NCBI GenBank assembly: GCA_035529595.1 | Contig: DATKWK010000023.1 | Span: 601-64,600, forward strand | Length of the DNA: 64,000 nt | DNA from: Candidatus Bathyarchaeia archaeon | Lineage (GTDB): Bacteria; Patescibacteriota; Microgenomatia; PFEM01; JAFGMK01 | Reading direction: 5' to 3' | Shown here: piece by piece, positions 56,553-64,000 of the stretch | Position numbering within the stretch: the first letter of the stretch is position 1 | How the letters are laid out: each line of letters opens with the position of its first letter | Program-made: the position numbers and the translations under genes | Notes under the pieces: generated by a model | The model's input: the letters and a program-made list of their open reading frames with translations, nothing else | What the model was told of the DNA's origin: nothing | The model's database searches: none

Positions 56553-56834
56553 TTATGCCTTAGCCTTAGCCTTAGCCTTAGCCTTAGCCTTAGCCTTAGC
56601 CTTAGCTTCTCGTATTCTTATTTTTTGTTCATCCGAAGCAATTAATTCTCCAAGCATCCTTTGATCTTGAGCCACTTGATCAGCTAGGCTTGGGTGGCGA
56701 CTCGTCCGTGGTCTGTTAAGTTGCATCTCTTTCCAGCCAGGTTTGGCTTTCTCTGAGATAATTTGAGAAGGAGTTTTCCTTTCAGTATTTGTCGCTGGGG
56801 TTTGATTATCAGACGTTGGTTGTTGTTCGTCCAT
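56553..56834 (-). CDS. small protein ending in an (AK)n tail
   Basis: 93-aa ORF. The C-terminal AKAKAK... tail is encoded by a hexamer microsatellite. Confidence 0.4.
   Translation of the reverse strand: MDEQQPTSDNQTPATNTERKTPSQIISEKAKPGWKEMQLNRPRTSRHPSLADQVAQDQRMLGELIASDEQKIRIREAKAKAKAKAKAKAKAKA
56557..56607. repeat. (GCCTTA)x8 tandem hexamer
   Basis: A perfect tandem repeat read directly from the sequence. Confidence 0.9.
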
Positions 56835-56962
56835 AGTCTCCTTTCTGTCCAGAGTATTATACCGCGGCTTTTAAATTAAAAACAAGTATATTCAGTCGTT
56901 CTGCAATTATAAATTAAACCAGCGCTATTTGGACTAGAACAAACAGTTGCTGTCAACCGCTT

Positions 56963-57487
56963 TTAGGTTTGTTGAAAGATCATTAGGGCATGCAGCAAGA
57001 TTCTGGCCATCAGCTGCGTTAAAGCGTCCCTTTCGGGTTGAGAAAGCTGTTCTCTAGACCGTTTAACTATTTTTGCAAATTCTCGGTCATTGATTCCCCA
57101 ATAAGGTTCGGCCGAATCAAGCGCTGCTTGAAAAGCAGTATGCAGTTTCCGGCCTGTTGACGAAAGGCTTTCCTTAAGTAGAAAAAGTTCGTTAAGCTGG
57201 TCATGGACGCCGTCAGTCGAAAAGCTGACTATAACTAGAGTTTTAATTGAAGGATGGGCCATCGGATTTTTTTTGGGAAACCTTATTCTTTGAGCCATTT
57301 TTTCGACGTCTCCGCTGCGGATATTCATTTGTTCAACAAATGCCTTGGCAAACCTTTCCCAAAAGGGTTGTCCTGAAGCGCTTTCAGTCGGCTGGTACAA
57401 AAATTTGCCGTCGGTGACGGTTAAGCCCGTAACCGGTGGTGGCGGTTGAGGAGTTTCTTGTTTAGTAGTAGCTTCTTCGTCAGGCAC
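56963..57487 (-). CDS. hypothetical protein inserted between rplA and rplJ
   Basis: 174-aa ORF. Confidence 0.4.
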   Translation of the reverse strand: MPDEEATTKQETPQPPPPVTGLTVTDGKFLYQPTESASGQPFWERFAKAFVEQMNIRSGDVEKMAQRIRFPKKNPMAHPSIKTLVIVSFSTDGVHDQLNELFLLKESLSSTGRKLHTAFQAALDSAEPYWGINDREFAKIVKRSREQLSQPERDALTQLMARILLHALMIFQQT

Positions 57488-57514
57488 GTTCGGGGGCCCT
57501 TTTAAAAATTGAAA

Positions 57515-58348
57515 TTATAGAGATCCCAGATCGATTTTAATTCCTACGCCCATCGTGGCGGAAAGAACTGCTTTTTTGATGTTTCCCGGAGCGATGGTAT
57601 TGACAGCCGCTTTGGCATTTTCCAGCAGGTTCTGTTCAGAGTGATCGGTCCTGCCGATTGTCAAATGAATTAAGGGTGCTTTTTTCTCGGTCCGGTATTG
57701 AGTTTTTCCGGCCAGTTTTTTGGCCGCTGTCTCCGGATTTTCGGATATGGTGCCGTTTTTCGGATTGGGCATCAAGCCTTTCGGGCCTAAAGTTTTGGCC
57801 AGAGGCGCCAGCTTGGCCATCATTGACGGCGGTGCAATCAAAACATCAAAGTCAAGCTTGCCTTTTTTAATCTGTTCAATGAGCTTGTCGTCAGCGATGG
57901 CAATTCTCTGTTCCTTACCGGTTGGATGGGGAAAACTTATTTGGCCGCTTAAACCAATCTCTTTGGCAACCAAGTGCAGGTCTATGCTTCCGGGAAAGCG
58001 GCTGATTGAGGTTTCTTTGGCCAATTTAACCGCTTCCTGAAGCAGGTAGAGCTTATGAAGATCAACTTTGGCACGGGCATTAAGATAACTCTGACCCTTT
58101 TTTTTTGCTTTAGTAGGTAACTTTTTAGTTTCTTTGGTGACTCTTTCAGCCAGTTCTTTAGTCTCGTTTTCGATTTCTTTCTCTTTTTCGGCAATTCTTT
58201 TGGCTTCCTCGAGGGCGATTTGGCCCATATCAGTGATCCGGCCGCGTTCCTTGCCGGTTTTAACCGCCCTTTTTTCCTCCGTACCGGCAGGGCGACCTTT
58301 TTTCGATTCTTTTTCGTTGTTGATAAGTTTAATTCGTTTTTTGCCCAT
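57515..58348 (-). CDS. rplA: 50S ribosomal protein L1 with a K/E-rich N-terminal extension
   Basis: Core motifs FDVLIAPPSMMAKL...LGPKGLMPNPKNGT. About 40-80 extra N-terminal residues, depending on which Met is used. Confidence 0.85.
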   Translation of the reverse strand: MGKKRIKLINNEKESKKGRPAGTEEKRAVKTGKERGRITDMGQIALEEAKRIAEKEKEIENETKELAERVTKETKKLPTKAKKKGQSYLNARAKVDLHKLYLLQEAVKLAKETSISRFPGSIDLHLVAKEIGLSGQISFPHPTGKEQRIAIADDKLIEQIKKGKLDFDVLIAPPSMMAKLAPLAKTLGPKGLMPNPKNGTISENPETAAKKLAGKTQYRTEKKAPLIHLTIGRTDHSEQNLLENAKAAVNTIAPGNIKKAVLSATMGVGIKIDLGSL

Positions 58349-58366
58349 ATTTCTTTCGTTAACCCT

Positions 58367-58798
58367 TCAGTCAGATTTTACTTTTACCCCCATCGACTTG
58401 GCCGTTCCGGCGACGGTTCTTTTAGCTTGTTCTAAATCCTTGGTATTTAAATCCGGTAATTTTGCCTGGGCGATTTTCCCGATCTGGGCTTGAGTCAGTG
58501 TGCCAACTTCATCCCGGCCGGTGGTCGATGAGCCTTTTTCTATTTTTAGTTCCTTTTTAATCATTGCAGATACCGGTGGCAGTTTGGTGATAAAGGAAAA
58601 AGTCCGGTCCTCGTAGACCGTAATTACCACCGGGATAATTTCTCCCTTTTGGTCGGTTGTCCGGGCGTTGTAATCTTTGATAAATTCCATAATATTTAAA
58701 CCGTGTTGTCCCAGCGCCGGTCCGACCGGAGGCGCCGGCGTGGCTTCGGCTGCCGGAAGATTAAGTTTAATCATCGTCTTAACTTTTTTGGTTGCCAT
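58367..58798 (-). CDS. rplK: 50S ribosomal protein L11
   Basis: [22 protein letters not shown]. Confidence 0.9.
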   Translation of the reverse strand: MATKKVKTMIKLNLPAAEATPAPPVGPALGQHGLNIMEFIKDYNARTTDQKGEIIPVVITVYEDRTFSFITKLPPVSAMIKKELKIEKGSSTTGRDEVGTLTQAQIGKIAQAKLPDLNTKDLEQAKRTVAGTAKSMGVKVKSD

Positions 58799-58867
58799 TT
58801 TTTCTGAGTCCTTTTGAAAATCTAGAGCTTATCCTACAGTTTTTGACACAAAATTTCAATCTTCGAT

Positions 58868-59500
58868 TTACAACTTGCTGACTTGTAAAAAGTCAAGTTC
58901 AACCGGTGTTTCCCGGCCGAAAATAGAGACTAATACTTTTACTTTTCCTTTTTCTTCATCAATATTATCTACGGTTCCCAGGAGTTCATTAAAAGGCCCA
59001 TCGATAATTTTGACTGCCTCGCCTTCAGTAAATTTGGCTTTAAACTTGGGAGCCTCGGTTTTAATAAATTTCAGGATCGCCTCAACTTCTTTATCAGGCA
59101 AAGAGGTTGGGTCGGTGCCAATGCCGACAAAACCGGTAATCCCTTGGGTGGTCCGCACGGCCAGCCAAGATTCATCCGTTAAAATCATTTTCACTAGAAG
59201 ATAACCAGGAAAGATTTTTTCTCTTACTGTTCTCTTTTCCCTTTGTCTGATTTCGATTTTCTCCTGGGTTGGGATAAGGATCTCCAGGACTTTATCGGTC
59301 AGACCCATGGAAATGATTCTCTGCCGTAACTGCTCGGAAACTTTGACTTCGTGTCCGGAATACGTGTGGGCAACATACCATTTTGCCTTACTGTTCTCGA
59401 CCTTATTAATGATGATGTGGCCCGGCGTCAGCAGTTTCTTAGCTCTTTTCTTGCTTTTGGTGTTTGCTCTTGCTTTCTGCGCTTTGCTTTTTTTGATCAC
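58868..59500 (-). CDS. nusG: transcription termination/antitermination factor NusG
   Basis: [17 protein letters not shown] domain and a KOW-like C-terminus, with a K-rich N-terminal extension. Confidence 0.85.
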   Translation of the reverse strand: MIKKSKAQKARANTKSKKRAKKLLTPGHIIINKVENSKAKWYVAHTYSGHEVKVSEQLRQRIISMGLTDKVLEILIPTQEKIEIRQREKRTVREKIFPGYLLVKMILTDESWLAVRTTQGITGFVGIGTDPTSLPDKEVEAILKFIKTEAPKFKAKFTEGEAVKIIDGPFNELLGTVDNIDEEKGKVKVLVSIFGRETPVELDFLQVSKL

Positions 59501-59529
59501 GTTGACTCCTTGAGTTGTATTAATGTATT

Positions 59530-59733
59530 TTATTTTTTAATGATTAGCTCAATTAATTTGGTAAAGCTGAAATCGGCTATTCCGATAAAGAGAGCTACTG
59601 CCAGAGACATAACAATTACAATAACTGTCAGCCTGAGAGTTTCTTCCCTTGAAGGCCAACTGGCTTTCTTAAGCTCGTTTTGGGTTTCTTTTAAAAAAAC
59701 TAAGGGCTTGAGGCCCCCTTTCCTAATGGCCAT
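59530..59733 (-). CDS. secE: preprotein translocase subunit SecE
   Basis: 67 aa with a single C-terminal TM helix, located upstream of nusG. Confidence 0.7.
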   Translation of the reverse strand: MAIRKGGLKPLVFLKETQNELKKASWPSREETLRLTVIVIVMSLAVALFIGIADFSFTKLIELIIKK

Positions 59734-59851
59734 TTTCTCCTACTTGAAAAAAATTTTACCATATATGTTAGAATAGATCAATGAGGGCAGCTATTCTGCC
59801 TGTCTTTTTTACGGTATAAATCCCAAGACGGAGAAGAAAGATTCTTAAAAT

Positions 59852-60754
59852 ATGAAGTCAGATAAAGTTAAGCCTGTCCGGAAAGCAATTATTGCGGTTG
59901 CTGGATACGGAACGCGGTTTTTGCCGGCGACGAAATCGATTCCCAAGCAGATGATGCCGATTATTGACAAGCCAATTGTTCAATATGTAGTCGAGGAAGC
60001 GGTTGCCTCTGGCATCAAAGACATAATCTTGGTCACCCAGAAAGGCCAGTACGCCATGGAGGACCATTTTGATTCGGCCTTTGAACTTGAGGAACAGTTA
60101 AGAAACAGTCATAAAACCGAGATGCTACGGCAGTTAAAGGAAATACCTCAAATGGCTAATTTTGTTTATTTGCGTCAAACCAAAGACTATCCCTATGGCA
60201 ATGCGACTCCTCTCTTAGTAGCTAAGAACCTGATCGATAAAGATGAACCTTTCGCCTATTATTTTGGAGACGATTTGGTTAAAAGTAAAGTTCCTTGCAC
60301 GAAGCAATTAATGAAAGTTTTTTACAAGCAACAACCGGCTGCTATTTTGGCCGTGCAAAAAACACCGCCGGAGGAGCTTTATCGTTATGCGACTGTCAGG
60401 TACAAAAAAGGGACAAAGATTAACCAAATTGTGGAGATTTTAGAAAAAATGCCTCCGGGGAAGGCGCCCTCTGATATGGCTCAATTCGGTCGTTTTATCT
60501 TCTCCTATAAGGTGATTAAGCAGGCGGAAAAGAGAGTTGCCGAGGGCCGTTATGGGACAGGCAACGAGCTTTGGATAGCTGATATATTAAACGATCTGGC
60601 TAAAAGTGAAAAAATCATTGCCCAGCCGATTAAAGGTTACTGGATGACGACCGGTGATCCTCTTCGGTATTTGCAGACGATGGTGACCTACGCGCTGGAT
60701 AGGGAAGACATTGGCCCTGAATTTAAAAAGTATCTTCGAGCTCTCAAGGTGTAG
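59852..60754 (+). CDS. galU: UTP--glucose-1-phosphate uridylyltransferase
   Basis: AVAGYGTRFLPATKSIPKQMMPIIDKP. Confidence 0.8.
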   Translation: MKSDKVKPVRKAIIAVAGYGTRFLPATKSIPKQMMPIIDKPIVQYVVEEAVASGIKDIILVTQKGQYAMEDHFDSAFELEEQLRNSHKTEMLRQLKEIPQMANFVYLRQTKDYPYGNATPLLVAKNLIDKDEPFAYYFGDDLVKSKVPCTKQLMKVFYKQQPAAILAVQKTPPEELYRYATVRYKKGTKINQIVEILEKMPPGKAPSDMAQFGRFIFSYKVIKQAEKRVAEGRYGTGNELWIADILNDLAKSEKIIAQPIKGYWMTTGDPLRYLQTMVTYALDREDIGPEFKKYLRALKV

Positions 60755-60817
60755 ATTATTCTTCTGGTTTTGCCTTTTTTTGTATTCAATTTGGTTGCGT
60801 TAAGAAGTGTTTACCGG

Positions 60818-60868
60818 GGTGTCAATACCCGTGCACCCCGGGGTGAACACCGATAGACACCTTGGTGA
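60818..60868. repeat. REP-like element copy 5 (GGTGTCAATA, then a GTGCACCCCGGGGTGAAC hairpin, then ATAGACACCTTGGTGA)
   Basis: It lies between the convergent galU and GT2 genes. Confidence 0.6.
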
Positions 60869-60869
60869 T

Positions 60870-61673
60870 TTAGCCGGTAATTCTTTTTAGGTAGGGAATG
60901 ATCGAATTTTTAATCAGATCAGAAACTTCTTTATCCTTGATTTCGGCCACTTTTTTCCGAAACGCTTTGATTGATTTTATTTCTTTAGGATTAAGGATTT
61001 TCATCAATTGCCGGTGCTGGTTTATCTGCATTTCTAATTTCGTTTTGGAAATCTCCAAAATTTCCTGAAGATAGGCCGGCAGCACTTCGCTAGTCGGCAT
61101 TTTACGGTATTTAACCAGATGGACTAAATCATTCAGGTAAACAATCTTTCCCCAGCGCGGTTTGTAGATTTCATTCAGATAAGTCTCAACCCCGAGACGG
61201 GTTTTTTTGAGGTGCTTTAAGTAAGGTAAAATTAGAGCTTTTAAATATGCCCGTTGCCCGGTCAGATCGGCAAAAAGATCACTTTTAACTAGTTGCATTT
61301 TAAAATAGGCCAGAACATAGTTAGCCTCCTGTTTCTGAATAGGCTGCACCAGTTTTTTCAAGTGTTTATCCCTGAGTTTTTCCAGATGGGCATCCAAAAA
61401 AACGACTATTGTGCCTTGGGCAGCCTTAATCCCTTGGCAAAGAGCATAACCCTTGCCGCGGTTTTTCCTGTAACTGACCAGTTTAATTTTTTTGCCGAAG
61501 TTCTTTAATAAAGTTTCGGTTTTGTCAGTTGACCCGTCATTAACCACCACAATTTCTTCCGCTGTCGGACATTTAATAAGGTCTGTCAGTGTCTGGCCGA
61601 GATGCTCCTGCTCGTTATAAGCGCAGACTATTACCGATACTTGAATTCGTTTATTTCGCCTTGCCATGTGCAA
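60870..61673 (-). CDS. GT2-family glycosyltransferase (dolichol-P-mannose synthase-like)
   Basis: VSVIVCAYNEQEHL...VVVNDGSTDKT...VFLDAHL. Confidence 0.75.
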   Translation of the reverse strand: MHMARRNKRIQVSVIVCAYNEQEHLGQTLTDLIKCPTAEEIVVVNDGSTDKTETLLKNFGKKIKLVSYRKNRGKGYALCQGIKAAQGTIVVFLDAHLEKLRDKHLKKLVQPIQKQEANYVLAYFKMQLVKSDLFADLTGQRAYLKALILPYLKHLKKTRLGVETYLNEIYKPRWGKIVYLNDLVHLVKYRKMPTSEVLPAYLQEILEISKTKLEMQINQHRQLMKILNPKEIKSIKAFRKKVAEIKDKEVSDLIKNSIIPYLKRITG

Positions 61674-61728
61674 AAACTATGTTATCACACAAAATAACTC
61701 AAAGAAATAAAAAAAAGGCGGTTAACTT

Positions 61729-62223
61729 TTAGGCGGGAGAAGACTGGAGCTTACGGATTTTCTTGACCGATTCGGCAATTCTTTGGTTATCCGCCCGGCC
61801 AGACAGGTTTTTAATGCAAATTCCGATTAAGGCGCCGGGGTTGGTAACTTTCGGATTTTCGATTATGATTTTGCCGACTTCCTTTTCCAGCTCCTCATCC
61901 GAAAGCTGTCGCGGCAAGTAGCTGTTCAAGACTTTAATTTCGGCGCCTGTCTGGGTCACCAAGTCCGGCCTTTTTCCTTTTTCAAAAAGAACCAGGCTTT
62001 CCTTTAATTTTTTGATTTGAGTACTGATAAGCTTGAAAATTTCTTCCTCAGTTAATTGCCGGCGGCCTTTTTCAATTTCTTTATTTTTAATATCTGCTTG
62101 AAGAAGCCGAAGAATCGAAAGATCAGGTTCCTGACGATTCTTCAAGGCTTTTCGAGTATCTTCCTGAATGCGGATTAATAAACTCATTGATAAGCATTGT
62201 AGCAGAACTGGCCATAAAAGCAA
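61729..62223 (-). CDS. GatB/YqeY domain protein
   Basis: ALKNRQEPDLSILRLL...GALIGICIKNLSGRAD. Confidence 0.65.
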   Translation of the reverse strand: MLLWPVLLQCLSMSLLIRIQEDTRKALKNRQEPDLSILRLLQADIKNKEIEKGRRQLTEEEIFKLISTQIKKLKESLVLFEKGKRPDLVTQTGAEIKVLNSYLPRQLSDEELEKEVGKIIIENPKVTNPGALIGICIKNLSGRADNQRIAESVKKIRKLQSSPA

Positions 62224-62297
62224 ACTTTTTGCTTATGTTATAATGCTTTTGAGCAAAAGCTGACGCGCTTGGTTTTTCTATTTATTATTTCGTAGAT

Positions 62298-63125
62298 ATG
62301 GTCAAAAAAGCCGTTATCGCGGCGGCCGGTAACGGGACCCGTTTCCTGCCGGTAACGAAAGCCTATCCTAAAGAACTCTTACCGGTTATGGGTGAGCCGG
62401 TAATTCATCATCTGGTCGAAGAGGTTATTAATGCCGGTATTAAAAAAGTCGCGATTGTTCACCGGACAGGTAATAATTTAATCAAAAAATATTTTTCCGC
62501 TGATGGTAATCTCGATCGATATCTCAAACGGGTCGGTAAATATCATCTTCTTGAAGGACTGCGGAAAATTAGCCGGCGGCTTGTTTTCATTTCTCAACCC
62601 GAGCGTTTATCCTATGGTACCGGTGCACCGGTTTTAGCAGCTAAGGATTTCATCGGTAGTGATCCCTTTGTATATCTGTATGGCGACGATCTGATTCTCG
62701 AGAAAAAAACCGGTCGTTTCATCTCCAAGCTGATTGAGACTTTTGAAAAATATCAAGCTGCGGCGGTCTTTGGGGCACAGAGAGTTCCTTGGGCTGATGT
62801 TGACCGTTACGGTTCAGTCAGGTTTAAAAAAGACAGCCCGGTTTCTTATCAAATTGAAACCGTAGAAGAGGGCTTGTCGGCAGACGAAGCACCCTCAAAC
62901 TTAGTTCAGTTTGGCAGATTTGTAGTTTCGTCCCGAGCAGTCAAGGTTTTGGAACATCAGGAATTAAGTTCGCGTAAAGAACTTTTCTTTACGGATACGA
63001 TGAAAATTCTTGCCAAAACCGGCGTGGTAATCGCTCAGCCGATATCCGCTGGAGAGTGGTTAACGACCGGAGACCCCGAACGTTGGCTGGCAACCAACAT
63101 AAAATTTAAGAAATTCTTTGCTTAG
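62298..63125 (+). CDS. second GalU-like sugar-1-phosphate nucleotidyltransferase
   Basis: AVIAAAGNGTRFLPVTKAYPKELLPV. Confidence 0.75.
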   Translation: MVKKAVIAAAGNGTRFLPVTKAYPKELLPVMGEPVIHHLVEEVINAGIKKVAIVHRTGNNLIKKYFSADGNLDRYLKRVGKYHLLEGLRKISRRLVFISQPERLSYGTGAPVLAAKDFIGSDPFVYLYGDDLILEKKTGRFISKLIETFEKYQAAAVFGAQRVPWADVDRYGSVRFKKDSPVSYQIETVEEGLSADEAPSNLVQFGRFVVSSRAVKVLEHQELSSRKELFFTDTMKILAKTGVVIAQPISAGEWLTTGDPERWLATNIKFKKFFA

Positions 63126-63988
63126 TTTTCCTTCTTTCGTTTTAAGGCACAAAGGGCAAAAATTAACCCTGAGGCGGTGAAAAGAACTACTATCGTTCCG
63201 GCCAAGATTATCTGGCCGGGCAGAAGGGTAATTTTTTGTCTTGGTTCTTCCGGAGTTAGTGTTGGTTCCGGTATGGGAGATGGCTCTGGGGAAGGAGTTG
63301 GTGAAAGTTCCTCCGGTGTGGGGGTAATGGTTGCCTCAATCTCTACCACGGTAACAGGATAAATTGTTGCCGGAAGTGAAGGAGTAACCGTTAAATTATA
63401 GTCAAGAACCAGTTCGGCCGGATTAGCGGCTGATTGCCGTGATTTAAAGGAAAAAGCAAAACCGCCGGTTGATAAGCCATACAAATAACCGCTGGGATAG
63501 ATAAAAATACTGGTCGGTTTGACTTTATTTTCTAACCACTGATTGAAAATTTCGGTAATATCGACTTCTTTCCAACCGGTACTTAAAGTGATTTCAAAAC
63601 TTCGGGTGTCTTCCTGGTAGACTTGAGGCCGGTTTTCCCAGGTAATGCCGGATTCTTCCCAATTATCTTTCACCGGACCGATATCAATTTTGGCCACTTC
63701 GCTGTAATTTTGCTCATAGACATAAAATCTTAGAAGCACTCGGTTGACTGATTGGACCTGTTCCGGTAAATCCGCCGGTTGAAATTCAAGATAACCGAAG
63801 CGGTTGATTGGTTCGTTGCTGATGGTTAAAAACTGTTGACTGCCGGAATCCCGGGTCGGATAGGCTTCGTTGGCAAAAGCATCTTTTTCTACTTGAAGAG
63901 TTTTTGTCTCCGCTGTGGCTGGTGAGGCGGTAATTAAAAAAAGAGCCAAAAAAGACAGAAGACGGAAGATAAGTTTTGCCTGCCTCAT
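63122..63988 (-). CDS. secreted protein with a PT/E-rich linker and a C-terminal TM anchor
   Basis: Signal peptide. A TPTPEELSPTPSPEPSPIPEPTLTPEEP linker is followed by a hydrophobic helix and a KRKKEN tail. Confidence 0.5.
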   Translation of the reverse strand: MRQAKLIFRLLSFLALFLITASPATAETKTLQVEKDAFANEAYPTRDSGSQQFLTISNEPINRFGYLEFQPADLPEQVQSVNRVLLRFYVYEQNYSEVAKIDIGPVKDNWEESGITWENRPQVYQEDTRSFEITLSTGWKEVDITEIFNQWLENKVKPTSIFIYPSGYLYGLSTGGFAFSFKSRQSAANPAELVLDYNLTVTPSLPATIYPVTVVEIEATITPTPEELSPTPSPEPSPIPEPTLTPEEPRQKITLLPGQIILAGTIVVLFTASGLIFALCALKRKKEN

Positions 63989-64000
63989 ATATGAATATTA

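Noticed and set aside
1-64000. CRISPR array
   Set aside because: No run of evenly spaced direct repeats with unique spacers was seen. The only tandem arrays are the coding GCCTTA hexamer and the PT-linker repeats.

Overview
This 64-kb window looks like a low-GC bacterial chromosome segment, roughly 40-47% GC in hand-counted samples. The gene content resembles a Candidate Phyla Radiation / Patescibacteria-type organism; that is inference, because no rRNA is present. Housekeeping anchors are a secE-nusG-rplK-rplA-(2 inserted ORFs)-rplJ-rplL cluster, MreB, two GalU-type uridylyltransferases, GT2/GT4/TagA glycosyltransferases and a GatB/YqeY protein. There are two tRNAs, Pro-CGG and Arg-CCT. Most of the window is accessory. 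It holds many secreted or surface proteins with Pro/Thr linkers, carrying dockerin-like C-termini, PPC domains, Kazal-like Cys modules and an LPATG sorting signal. A VapBC pair is intact and a RelBE-like pair is decayed. An IS200-like Y1 (RAYT-type) transposase is flanked by REP-like hairpin repeats, with three more REP copies elsewhere. A family of GTCATTC...GAATGAC palindromic MITE-like elements is present. The most striking feature is a GC-enriched island at 18.4-25.1 kb, about 55-58% GC by hand count, bounded by two MITE copies. It carries two paralogous secreted vWA-domain giant proteins. Each sits in a duplicated cassette with the same promoter/operator palindrome, the same ~450-nt leader and the same terminator. 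Two more GC-rich patches (29.8-30.8 kb, a kinase-like gene; 40.7-41.3 kb, an NBR1-like protein) share a distinct promoter-like motif. An operon at 25.6-29.1 kb pairs an ATPase-wHTH regulator with an N-terminally extended polyprenyl-synthase-like protein. Product calls rest on motif recognition by eye; no database search was possible.
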